This document shows, in pieces, positions 52,031 to 63,668 of a DNA stretch of 63,668 nucleotides. Made by a program: the position numbers and the translations under genes. The DNA is taken from positions 141,624,736 to 141,688,403 of the forward strand of contig NC_068981.1 of the NCBI RefSeq assembly GCF_001194135.2, given 5' to 3'. The DNA is from Octopus bimaculoides. Taxonomy: Eukaryota. The notes beneath the pieces are model-generated. The model made no database searches. It saw only the letters and a list, made by a program, of their open reading frames with translations, and was not told where the DNA came from. Numbering within the stretch: the stretch's first letter is position 1; every line of letters starts with the position of its first letter.

Positions 52031-52909
52031 TGATACACCCCCCCCCTTGCTCCCTTCAATCAGCTTTTGCATCAATTTCACAAAGATTAACATCTTTGAC
52101 GTTCTTTCTTTTCAAGGGAATGGGATTATTCTCGAGATATATTACCCTACTAAATTTTTAAATTGCATTCATTCTTTTATTTTAACTTCTGATGTTTTTT
52201 CATGTCCCCCTACGTTTTCTACATTCCAATATATTCTCATTCCTATCACCTTGAAACGATGATATAAAATTCCACTCGGTACCTAGCATTGGTAGGGTAC
52301 TGGACAAGGAGACACTTTTGTTTCTATTTATTTTATTTCATAACTCCTCGGTGCTGCTAGCACAGTGTGTAGCATGGCGTTATTTGTGTTTCCTTCCGCC
52401 ATGTTAAGTCTGGATGAGAGACAAGTGATGCCCTGCAATAAGTGAGATGAATAGCTGTGACGTTCTCCTGTTATTCTTCTTGTGTTCAGAGATTCTGCCA
52501 CTACATTATTTTCTATTCTTCTTATTCCAGACATAAGATCTCAACTGTCTTTTACTACTACACATATAAATAGTCTTTTGTTCCTTGAACCATCAGTCTG
52601 ATTGATATTCCACTCTTTAAGTACAGTAAATCTCCCTGTGATCACCAAGGGTTAACAAGACCAAAATCCCTGGAGATATATTAGAGTACATGTTGCAGGT
52701 TACCTATGTACATACCTCTTGCTCGCTCTTATGCGCAAAGTAGAAGATAAGCCAAGGTTTAATACCAGCATGGATATCTATGCCCATGATACACATGATT
52801 TTGTGATCCATGTGTTGTGGGTAGATATGATATGCCTCATCAATGCTAGTTTCTTAACTTAATTCTTCTGTCCCAAAGCACAGACATTCTTTGATATTCC
52901 CTGCCCTGG

Positions 52910-53060
52910 CCAAAGGAAATTTAGCGATTCGGTTTAAAGCCTCAATAAAATAGGTACCTGATAATAAAAAGTAGGATGTGGGCTCCATTTGTTCGACTGA
53001 ACCATTGAAGATGGTGCCGCATCATGCATGCAGTTCAATGATTTGAACATGTAAAAGAAG
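52910..53060 (+). mobile_element. SINE family C 3' fragment
   Basis: TTAGCGATTCGG...AATAAAATAGGTACC...ATTTGTTCGACTGAACC...GCAGTTCAATGA..GAACATGTAAAAG resembles the tail of 2344-2500. Confidence 0.5.
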
Positions 53061-53489
53061 TATAACTTCCTCTAGGTTCAATGGCGTGTGGTAAGTCTCT
53101 CAGTCTACTGACATGGAACTATCAAAGCCCAATCAAGCTACTTCCAAACAAATATACAGAAAATGATAGAAATTAGGAGACGGTGTTTCTGAGGTCTTGA
53201 TATTAATAATGATATGATACAATGCATTTAAATAGATAAATACTTCAGAAATAGAGCATAATAAAGCAAGAAGGAATGGAAATCAAAGAACGGCTTAAAG
53301 AAGAGAGCCTTGCTAAATTATAAAATATATTTCGTTATGAAAATCAATAAAGATACTTTGAACGTAGTAAATAGTTCTGGTTCAGCTTGAAATGTTTTAT
53401 TTTAAAGATCTAGTTGAAAGAAGTGAAATAGAAATCGAAGCCTCGTTAATGGTAGTTGAAGTAGAAGTATTACAGAAAACGATGGAATT

Positions 53490-54400
53490 ACTATGGATGA
53501 GATTCTGCAAATCAAGGAATGCATGGTTGAACAATGAAAAATAGGTTCTCGAACACAATAATTTGCCCAGGAGCAAAAGCCAAACGACTGCAAAGCAGCG
53601 GGACGTGATATCATTCCAATCGACTGGCTGAAGTAGAAGGAACATAATCTTCGAGCAGATGTCAATAATAAGATAACAGAGAAGCTGAAGAACACGAAAA
53701 AAACCCCTTCTGACTTGAGTATCACCACTAGAGAGACGGTAGATCCCCTAAATATCAAACCTATAACATCATTTTCTGGTAACTTACAATCAGTTAGCAC
53801 AATAATTAGCAGAAGATAAATGAACATTCGGAAAATAAACAACCTGTTTTCCGATAAACATAATGGCTGTTACAAAGGTTCATTTGCTGGTGAGGCCAAA
53901 TACTGAGTTATAAATCCATAATGTATCCGAACTGAACAAAAAGTTTCTACATAATATAAATGTTTCCATCAGTATACATCACACATGCTTTCTTGGTCAT
54001 AATGAAATCGAGTTTTGGAGATTAAGACAAAAGTGTTAATAATAAACTTAACTACATCTCAGTTAAGGGAAGAACGCACTGACTGAAGGATACGTTATAA
54101 TATATGTGAAGAAATAACTAACCATTTAAATTTTAGTTCCCCAGATATGGCCACTATATTTACAAGGACGACAATGTTACATTGCAAGGAAATTTGGAAA
54201 TTTCATAAAGACAGGGAAGAACTTGGTATCGATAAACACAAGAAAGGGTCCTAGAGAATGTCAAAGTAATTCTAAACTATAATATATTAGTCTAATCACA
54301 CTTGTTAACTGGAGGCAAATTGGCTGGACGGGAAAAGAAATACTTTTCAATGGAAGATTCAACCCACAATGAACTGAGAAATTATGGCAATGTAAGTTGA
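53490..54400 (+). mobile_element. Ancient R4/Dong-like RT fragment
   Basis: KAAGRDIIPIDWLK...VDPLNIKPIT...TIISRR...NNLFSDKHNGCYKGS resembles K.PGPD.I...W.K...DP.NYRPIT...NNL...EQKGC..GS. Many lesions. Confidence 0.45.
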
Positions 54401-54419
54401 TTATATCAACCTCCAATAC

Positions 54420-55410
54420 TTGATTGGAACTTTATTTTATTGCCCCGATGGGATCTGAACGGAGGAAATGCTGCTAAGTATTTTGTTCGACTTTTTAACG
54501 GTTCGCTACCTTTGTCCACTTTTTAATAATACTCTTTCTACTGTAAGCACAAGGCTTGATATTTGAGGGGAAGGGACTAGTTGATTACATTGAACTCAGT
54601 GCTCAACTGGTATCTAATTCATTGAAAATTAAATTCAACATCGGTGGAATTTAAACTCTGGGTGTAAAGACGAACGAAATATCCTTTTCTACTCAAGGCA
54701 CAATACCCAAAATTTTGGGGAAGGAGGGGCCAGTCGATTAGATCGAACCAGTATGATACTGGTACTTTATTTATCGACCCCGAAAGGATGAAAGGCAAAG
54801 TCGGACTCGGCGTTATTTGAACTCGGAACGTAAAGACAAACGAAATACAGTTAGGCATTTCGCCCGTCGTGCTAACGTCTCTTATGTCTTTACTGCCCAC
54901 AAGGGGCTACACACAAAGGGGACAAATAAGGACAGTCAAACGGATTAAGTCGATTATATTGACCCCTGTGCGTAACTGGTACTTATTTAATCGACCCCGA
55001 AAGGATGAAAATCAAAGTTGATCTCGGCGGAATTTGAACTCAGAACGTAACGAGAGACGAAATACGGTAAGCATTTCGCCCGGCGTGCCAACGTTTCTGC
55101 CAGCTCACTACCTTAAAAGGAACGAAATATCGCAAAGCATTTTGACTGCCGTACTAAAGATTCTGATAACTCACCGCTTCAATTCATTAAATAATAATGA
55201 TTTCAAATTTTGGTACAAAACAACGATTTCTGGGAAGGAAATTGTTATATCGACCTCAGAACTCAATTGGCGCTTATTTTATCAATCTCGAACAAATGAA
55301 AAGCAAAGTCGACCACAGCGGAATTTGAACTCAGAACGTGAAGACGGACGCAATGCTGCTAAACATTGTACCAGTTGTACTAACGATTTTGTCAGCTCAC
55401 CACCTTATAT
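54420..55410 (-). mobile_element. Head-to-tail cluster of about 5 SINE family A units
   Basis: Repeated GAATTTGAACTC(A/G)GAACGT / ACTGGTACTT.ATT / GGCATTTCGCCCG motifs at about 54450, 54600-54660, 54760-54880, 54960-55110 and 55250-55410, all on the same strand. Confidence 0.8.
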
Positions 55411-56932
55411 CTCTAAACGATAATGACAGTATCATATAATTGCGCGGCATCTCTTCTATTAGAAATGCAATTTTTTTTTTTCTGGGCATTTCTAATTTTA
55501 TACTTCTTCCATTATCGTCAATAAAATGAATACTGTGATTTTGCTTCATGGCTTTAAATAATTGCTATTAAGAAAGTAAAAACAAAACAAAAAAATGCAA
55601 CTAACTTTAATGCTATGTGATTGAAGGAACATCAAGCAGAAAATCTCGTCTATTTCGGAAGTAGGGTTTTATATGTAATTGCTCAATCTCGAACATTTTG
55701 AAAGTACATTCTTTCATAGTCATTGACCAGCACAGTGATTGTGTCTCATCGATTCTGCGCTTTTCTTTTTGTCCTGGGTTTAATCGCTTACATATAATAA
55801 ACAAAGGTTTCTCAAACTATAATTGATGCGTCAGAATGTTCTAATAATTTCTAATTTTATGCTAATCTTTCGAAAACGGAGATGAAACAAATAGACAAAA
55901 CAACTATATTTCTAATGACGATAGAACAAATTCTACGCCAATTGAATTAAATTTTCAGTTCAATTTTATACCAATTAATAGAAAGCACACTTTAGCTCAA
56001 TGCCTTACACATCTGCGGCAAGTGTATAACATATGGTGTGCAATAATGACGGATATTATTAACGACTTAAATAATACGACACACACTCACGGACATACAC
56101 TCACACGCGCGCGCGCGAACGCACACACACACACACACACACATACATACACACACACATGGACATACATATACACACACACATTGACACACGGACACAC
56201 ACACACATAAACACACACACATACACTCACACACACACCTGCCAAAAACAACAATTAAGAAACTGAATTCACCAAATTTAGGATGATAGTCACAATATAA
56301 GTTCTTTTTCCGTGATATATTCATGATAGAATAAACATCAGCTGTATTACATTCAAGAACTTTGCGAGAAATTCAAGAACGACTGAATTTTTATCGTCAT
56401 TCGGTACAGCCCTTCGTGTTAGGGAGATTGGCTTTACAACCTCATGGTTTTTGATTGGATTTCACTAGGACCCCCCCCCCCTTCGAATGGTGATATTAAT
56501 GTTTGCATTCAGTCGTCAAAAACATTTAGGCGTAATTCAGTCGATTAGCGATAGCATCAAACATTGTGGTTTGTGACTGGCAAATTAAATGCATCCGTCG
56601 GTTTAGCATCACTTCTTGGTGCATAAACAACTTTCTCCTATTTCAATTTATTTCAAAGCATTCAGCACTGTCCTTGGGCTGTGTTTGACTTCTGTTCTTC
56701 ATAGCAAAAAAAAAAAAAACAATAAATAAATAAATAAAATAAATAAATAATAATAATATTAATATAGGAATTCAACAAAATACGCGACAAAATGTTCTTA
56801 GCGCGTTATTCATATTTCGTTTATAACATTCGAAAGAATCGCTATTTCCTTCTGTCTGTCTATTTATTCTGTTTATATCTCTCTACCTATCTGTGTGTAT
56901 GTCTCTGTCTCTCTATATATCTTGCTCAATAC

Positions 56933-56975
<43 letters not shown>

Positions 56976-57714
56976 CATGAACACACACCACCACACACAC
57001 ATAACCATGGGTTTACGTGTTATATGTATGTGTGTCTCTGTATCTTTAGGCATATGTCATTACATTCCAACGTGTATGTTAGAGTCGAAGGAAGGGCGTT
57101 TGTGTCTGTGTGTCCAATTTGCAAGCAGTCTTCTAATACAAACAGACAAGATCATCTGTTGTCATATAATCATATTTCTCTTCGGCCCACAAGATATGTT
57201 TATAGCTTTACAATCAGACAACAACAGCAAAGAAATCATACAAGGTGATGTCAATATCAATATACGTAGCTCTTTATTGGTTCTGTATGAATTTTGGAGA
57301 ATTTTCCAATATTTGAAAAGCAATATATACGCAAATATATTTAGAACGGAAAATATTTAGAATGAACTTTCTTTTTTTCTCTTTTCCTAAAAGTTAAAAA
57401 AATATTGAACAGCGAAATTGTATCAACATTACTTTTCTAAAATCAATTCTCGGGTTTTCTTGCTTCCATATACAATCGACAATAGAAAATAAATAAAAGA
57501 AACTGAGAGTACAAACAGTGGAAATCGAACTTATGGATAGATAGTTGATTTATCGGTACAATTACCGAAATAACGTAAGTCGTCTGACGATATCTAGTTT
57601 CACATAAACGCTTTTAACTATTTACATACGAAGACTGAATTTGTTTAGAATTTTGTGATTTCGTACAAACGTAACCCACATCATTGTTCGCTCCTATATT
57701 ATGGTAAAATCAAA

Positions 57715-57935
57715 ATTGCTGAGCAGACAAAGTCGTTAGCACGCTGGACAAAATTAGTTGACGGCATTTCGGTCGTTTTTACGTTTCGAGTTCAAATTTC
57801 GCCGAGGTCGATTTCACCTTTTGTCGTTCCAGAGTAGATAATGTAAATACGAGTTGAATACTTAGGCCAATGTAAATGACTTACCACTTGCCCCGAAATT
57901 ACTGGCCTTGTGTCTAAAGTTGAAACCGGTATTAT
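57715..57935 (+). mobile_element. SINE family A, near full length
   Basis: GTCGTTAGCACGCTGGACAAAA...TTACGTTTCGAGTTCAAATTTCGCCGAGGTCGATTT...GGCCTTGTGTCTAAAGTTGAAACC. Confidence 0.75.
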
Positions 57936-58394
57936 GGCAAACTCCTTTGCGAATAGATTCTTTCTGTGAAATTTAAAATCTTATAACTAGCGTACGGAGT
58001 GGAATCAGCATCTGTTCACTAGAACCGTTAGAAACAGCGGTTAATTCTTCCTTCAGTGACGCCTTAAAAAAAAAGGCACGTTGAACAGTGTTGTGCGACA
58101 TGTACGAAATTAGAGTTCTATTGCATAATACCAAATAGCGCATTAGGATTTATTTCCGTACTTTTATCTATTGGTATTTAGGTATAACTCTGAACTGAGG
58201 GTGGAGACACATGATCAAAATCAATCCAGTCGTAACAATCGAATATTGCAGCTTCAGACAAAATGCTGGGGATTAACACTCATACTAACAGACATACACA
58301 GACGCGCGCGCCAGCACACACATATGTAACGAAGGCAGTAAATTACAACACAAAGAAAAGGACAACAGAAATACACTCTTTAACTATATACATG

Positions 58395-59241
58395 GAGGGT
58401 GCGATGGGTAAATTCTCACTATTTCATATTTTAATTTCGCACATGCGCATCGTTTATTTCTGATTTTGTCGACTACACAGTATTGTAGGGTGAGTTGGGC
58501 ACCGTCTGTGAGAAAACCAGTACCAAGTCGCAATTCACTCTGTCAGACATTTAGAAACAACATGCTAGAAGCTCCAATTTCAGAGTGTTTAGTTTGGTCA
58601 TCAATCTCAGGACAATGCAATCTGAGGACATGTAACGGGAGTGATAAAAATCAAACATCCAGTCAACATCATGTTGTTTGGAGTGATCACAAATGACGGC
58701 AACGTTATGCCTACGTTCATCTTCCCACACGGCCTCGGATCCAACACGGAGGCCTACATCAGGTGCCTGGAGGATGTAGTGCTGCACTGAGTAAAGAGGG
58801 TGGTTGCTGGAAGACCCTATGTCTAACAACAGAACGAGCAGATGAAATCAATCATGGCTCTCAGAGACAATTTCTGCGACCACATCATTCCGAACATCTG
58901 GCCACCTAATTCCCCAGACTGCAACCACTTGATTATTACGTGCAGGGCGCAGTTGAGCGAGATACAAACAGAATTCCGTGTAACACCAAAGATGAACTGA
59001 AGACAAGGATTATGGCAGCATTCACCAACTTAAACAAGGAAGCCGTCTAGAAGTATTGCGGAGATTCCGAAGTCTTCTGGAGGCCATGGCTGAAGCTAAT
59101 GGCGATATTATTGAATAAATTTAATCTTTAGTATTTCAAGTTATTTTCGTGTAATTTTGGTAAATATATCTGTTAAAATGAGATGTCATTGCTATTTTCA
59201 TTGTTGCGTAATTTAGATGACAAAACATTCACCGCACCCTG
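58395..59241 (+). mobile_element. Internally deleted maT/DD37D-type Tc1/mariner element
   Basis: KIKHPVNIMLFGVIT.DG.VMP.FIFPHG...EAYIRCLEDVVL..VKRVVAGRPYV*QQ...IWPPNSPDCN.FDYYV.GAVERDTN..PCNTKDELK.RIMAAF...EANGDIIE. Partial TIRs AGGGTGCG / CGCACCCT. Confidence 0.82.
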
Positions 59242-60434
59242 TTTATGTGTGTTTATATACAATATATATATATGAGTGTGGGTGTGTCAGTGTGTGCACG
59301 TATGTATGTATATATTTATATATATGCAGGGCTCATCATCCACCAACGAAGCCGCAAATGCAAGATATAAATTAGTCCTAGAGCGCACAATATTCCTAAA
59401 GGTCAGCAATGGCCTTGCTCGGTCACTAGTGGACGGCCATCATATATGCATATATATTTGTGTCTGTGCGTGCATGTGTGTCTGCGTGCATGTGTGTGTG
59501 TATAAGATGGGTGTGTGTATATATTTTTTGCATATATATATAACTTGTCGTTTTATATCAATTTATGTATGAAATTTATTCAATATTCGACTGGAGAATA
59601 ACTCAGTAAACCCTAGTGGTGTTCATATTAACTTTCAAAGTTACAAAGAAAAGTATGACTGTGATTCAACGTTTCGACTTGCATTCCTACATATTTGTAC
59701 GTATATACGTATGTAAATAAGCCTTTATGTTTGTTGCTAGTGGGAAGGTGTTCGATTGTGCTTTGGTGGGTGTTTTTGCTTGTGTCTATATGCATATTCT
59801 ATGTATGCTAATATACTTTGAAAAATACAATACTTTCTGTTTATATCGAGTGATGTGCTTCGGGACATGTTTAAGACCTGTAATTGTGAAAAATATGTAA
59901 CCTCACGATAAGTACCAGATATTAAGCTAGGTACTCCAACACGCCATGAATCGCTTAAGGGTTAACTTTATCCAGGCAAACGCTGTTTGGCTTCAAACAA
60001 CCCAGGGCAGAAATCCATTATTAATAGGAAGATATATAGTTGTCACAATGTTTCGATACACTCAAACTTACAGTACAACTATTGTAAAGAGCCAAAAGTA
60101 TATAACACGAAGAAAAGAGAGAAGTAATTCTAAAATATCAAGATGATAGGCGTTGGTATTTCATTCGATTATTTTCAATTATATCTGACGTGGCCGTCCA
60201 GACATAACGTCAATCTCAAAGACTAGACTGTTGATCAAATCACGTTCTCAGACAAGTATGTATACATTTACAGAGAAATAAACAAACTAGCCCACACGCA
60301 CATATATAGGTATAAGTAATCCATACATACGTAGGTACATACCCATATACAGCTATATTTGTGTGTGTGTGTGTGTGCGTGTGTGCGCGCATGTGTGTAT
60401 GTGTGTATGTGTGTGTGTATATATATATATATAA

Positions 60435-60524
<90 letters not shown>

Positions 60525-61041
60525 GTTTGTGTGTGCGTGTTTCTTTCTGTATGTTTGTGCGTGCGCCTGTATGTGTGTGTGTTTATAGATGAGGATGGTA
60601 TACGTGTATATATAAACATTTCTTAAACAGCTGTCATAGTCAATTTCCATGAAACTTAAAGTAAACCTGATATATAATTTCTCTCTGTCTCTCTCTCTTT
60701 CACTTCATCTATTACACTGTATCTATTTCATTCTCATTCTCTCTGTCTCTTCTTGTCTGTCTGTGTCTCTTTTTTCTCTCTCTCTAAATGTATAGAAGTG
60801 TGTGTGTGTGAGTGTGTGTGTGAGTGTGCGTGTGAGTGTGTGTGTGTGAGTGTGTGTGTGTGAGTGTGTGTGGGAGTGTGTGTGTGAGTGTGTGCGTGTT
60901 TGTGTGTGAGTGTCCACGTGCGTATATGATTGTGCATACGTATATAAATACGTGCAAACATATATAAATATATATGTATATATATATGCGTACATACATA
61001 TATAGGCATTATATATATTGTATTCATATAAACATAGACAG

Positions 61042-61072
<31 letters not shown>

Positions 61073-61216
61073 TATATATATACACACACAAATAATGTCT
61101 ATATTGATGTATATATAGGTAGCTATATTGATAGAGAAAGAGACACCGAACCAGAGACAGATACTCAGAAAGAAAGACATATACACAACTAGATAGACAG
61201 ATAGATAGATGCATAG

Positions 61217-61250
<34 letters not shown>

Positions 61251-62075
61251 AGGTATATTAATAGAGAGGTAGATATTTATAGAAATATATTCCTAGTATA
61301 ACAAAGAATGTGTTCAATGCGGAGCTAATAATGGTCATTATGCTCTAGGGAATATATTTGAAAGTATTACTCACTACTATATTATGATTAAATCTGTATG
61401 TGAGTGTGTCAGTGTGTCCATGCGTGTTTATACATCCTTCCATATATCCATACATACATGCGTGCATACACACACACATACACACACACACATACATATA
61501 TATAAATATATATGTATATACATACACACATACATACATAGGCACAGATATGTTACGTATATATGTCTATGTACATATGTGTTTTTATTCAGATTATATT
61601 CATAAGATTTTTGTTACCATGGTAATTAAAAAATATTTTTTTACGTCGTTTTCAGTCCGGACAATCTATATTTATACGGTCATTTTCCCCACTTTCATCT
61701 ATATTATAATTATATTATAATTTCATAAAATATCAATTTGCTTTCGTTTGATTGAGTCTGATACATGTGTAAATCACTTCCGTCTTTCACTGATAACTTT
61801 TTATCTCAATATGTTGTGCTTACCCTATGCGTCTCTGTCATCTAAGTTTATCAATGTTAGTATAATAAAGATATTTTATGCGTATATACGTACATGAGTG
61901 TGTGCATGTGTGTGTGTGTGTACGTATATGTGTTTCTATGTGCGTACGAATATATGCTTAACAAATATTGTAATATAAAAGATAGGCAGTCAGATAGAAA
62001 AACAGACGCGTAGGTAGATAGAATGATAGATATTTAGATAGATAAATAGATAGACAGATAGATAGATAGACAGAC

Positions 62076-62135
<60 letters not shown>

Positions 62136-63327
62136 GAACATACAGACATATATTTGGGAGGGCTAGAGTGCTAATAGTGGACGTTGTTGGACGTTGTTGG
62201 ACGTTGTTGGACGTGACAACCGTTCATATAGTGTCGTATGTGAAGCGCAGTGTGAAGGACATTGCCGTAATTTAGAGCAATGTGATAGGTAGATAGTTAG
62301 GCCTGGTAGATTTCTCTTTCGTAAATTGCTTTAGAGCAATCTAGCAGAATGCCACTAATTTAAGTGTTCAGAGGCAGATGGAACGTATAGTCAGGCAGTT
62401 TATACAGGAGTTTACCGCACCAGTCAAAGTTGAAATCATTGCTGACCTCAAGTGGCAATTCTGCTTTCCTAAGCGTTCATATATAATTATTAATATCTAT
62501 TAATATGAAAGCCGAAGGTTGATCATTAAGAAGAGAAAGATATATTCGCGATGGTAGAGAATATTGCTATTAGAAGTTTCGGTTATTTTATATATTAAAA
62601 ATGATTACGATAGGAAGAGATTTATCGGAGTCAGAGTGTTTATCTTTTGGGGAACAAGACATACTGTTGCATGTTAGCAAGATGGGGATTTATCCTGATG
62701 TAGAAAGATACTGAAAATTTTCGTGAATATTGGTGAGAATTTCTGTGGTGCATATTTTTTGAATAACAGTAGAAAATTGTCTTGATCCGTTCCCTCCAAA
62801 GTTTGGAGGAAACGGACATAAATATTCACTGATTGTGAACCTATGCTCGAGCATAAGTCTAACTGAGTGGAAGGAAGGCGATTTGGAAAACTTCCTAATT
62901 GCGCCAGGTGGATGTTTGATAGAAAGCAAATGGAGAATTTTAGTGCTTTTTTTCAATGAAAGCTCGTCACAGACTAATCATTATTGAGATGTTAAATAAA
63001 GGAGGTTCCACAAAACTGGTGTGATTTTCCCTACACTCGTCCTTTTTTTTTTTTTGGTGTTTGACAAAAAAAGTGCGAAAAAGATTGATTGAAGTTTGTG
63101 AGTCTGAGACGTTTGAATCCTTTGGGATAATACGATCTTGCAAATGTGTGCCAATGAGTAAACGCCAAGTATTTGGGATTTAAGGCTGATGTACACTATG
63201 TTCTGGCCTGAAATGCTGCGGTGCACTTACGATTACATTTAAGAGACTTGAAGATTTAAAAGTTTTGCTGAATGTTGAATATAAATGTATGTAACAAAAA
63301 GGAAATTTTCTGTAACCCTAATTGTTT

Positions 63328-63668
63328 GGAAGTGTTATCATGTACATTGTTTTGTCTTGGTATAAAAGATGGGCTACAGAAAATATTCTGCTTCATACCA
63401 CAGATTTGCTTGTCAGTTGTTTGACCTTAACCAGTTGAGCATGCCCCTTTGTGTCTGACGATATGTGCATCTCTGATCATGAGCAGAAGTAGTGGGGGAG
63501 CATCATAGCCATGAATTCTTTGGGGTTTGAATAATTGGCCTTTGGAAACATGGGTGTTTTGCTCAACATCCTTAAACAAACCTTATTCAGGGACCATTTA
63601 AGTGGGATGGGCTACTCGACCTGAAGAAGATTCTAACTGGGCCCCACCTGCGAGGTCATGCGCTATTT
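63328..63668 (+). mobile_element. (TAA)n-tailed non-coding retro-element, copy 2 (runs off the window)
   Basis: Homologous to 9220-9550, starting at the same GGAAGTGTTATC motif. Confidence 0.75.

Larger units (their letters stand above)
1..63668. repeat. Dense simple-sequence repeats throughout: (CA)n, (TA)n, (GA)n, (TAA)n, (GAT)n, (TATG)n, (TAGA)n
   Basis: Examples: (ATT)n 3489-3575, 8566-8716, 34323-34385; (TAA)n 9716-9773, 48525-48583; (CA)n 11505-11602, 23094-23166; (TA)n 60418-60520. Most N-gaps are flanked by such repeats. Confidence 0.98.

Noticed and set aside
54420-55410. Recurring repeat units that might be mistaken for a CRISPR array
   Set aside because: The units are ~150-250-bp diverged SINE copies in eukaryotic DNA, with no constant repeat/spacer structure and no cas genes.

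Overview
AT-rich, microsatellite-saturated eukaryotic DNA with 11 assembly gaps. The SINE, LINE and mariner make-up most resembles a coleoid cephalopod (Octopus-like) genome; this is inference, not a database match. I could not support any host protein-coding exon, RNA gene or CRISPR array, so the window is probably intergenic or intronic. It is a graveyard of transposable elements: about 8 R4/Dong(Rex6)-type RLE LINE fragments (several embedded in (TAA)n), a decayed RTE LINE, L1/Tx1-like ORF1 and ORF2 remnants, a Penelope GIY-YIG remnant, several Tc1/mariner and maT deletion derivatives, and at least three tRNA-derived SINE families. The most unusual structures are: (1) a ~930-bp near-spacerless foldback palindrome (22160-23092) with a perfectly matched 38-bp duplex; (2) a cluster of short foldback elements at 8719-9157; (3) a decayed hammerhead-like fold inside an inverted repeat beside the Penelope remnant; (4) a mariner derivative keeping a stop-free DNA-binding-domain ORF between intact TIRs; (5) modular and tandem SINE arrangements. 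All alignments were done by eye and most element boundaries are approximate. No clearly novel multi-gene system could be supported.
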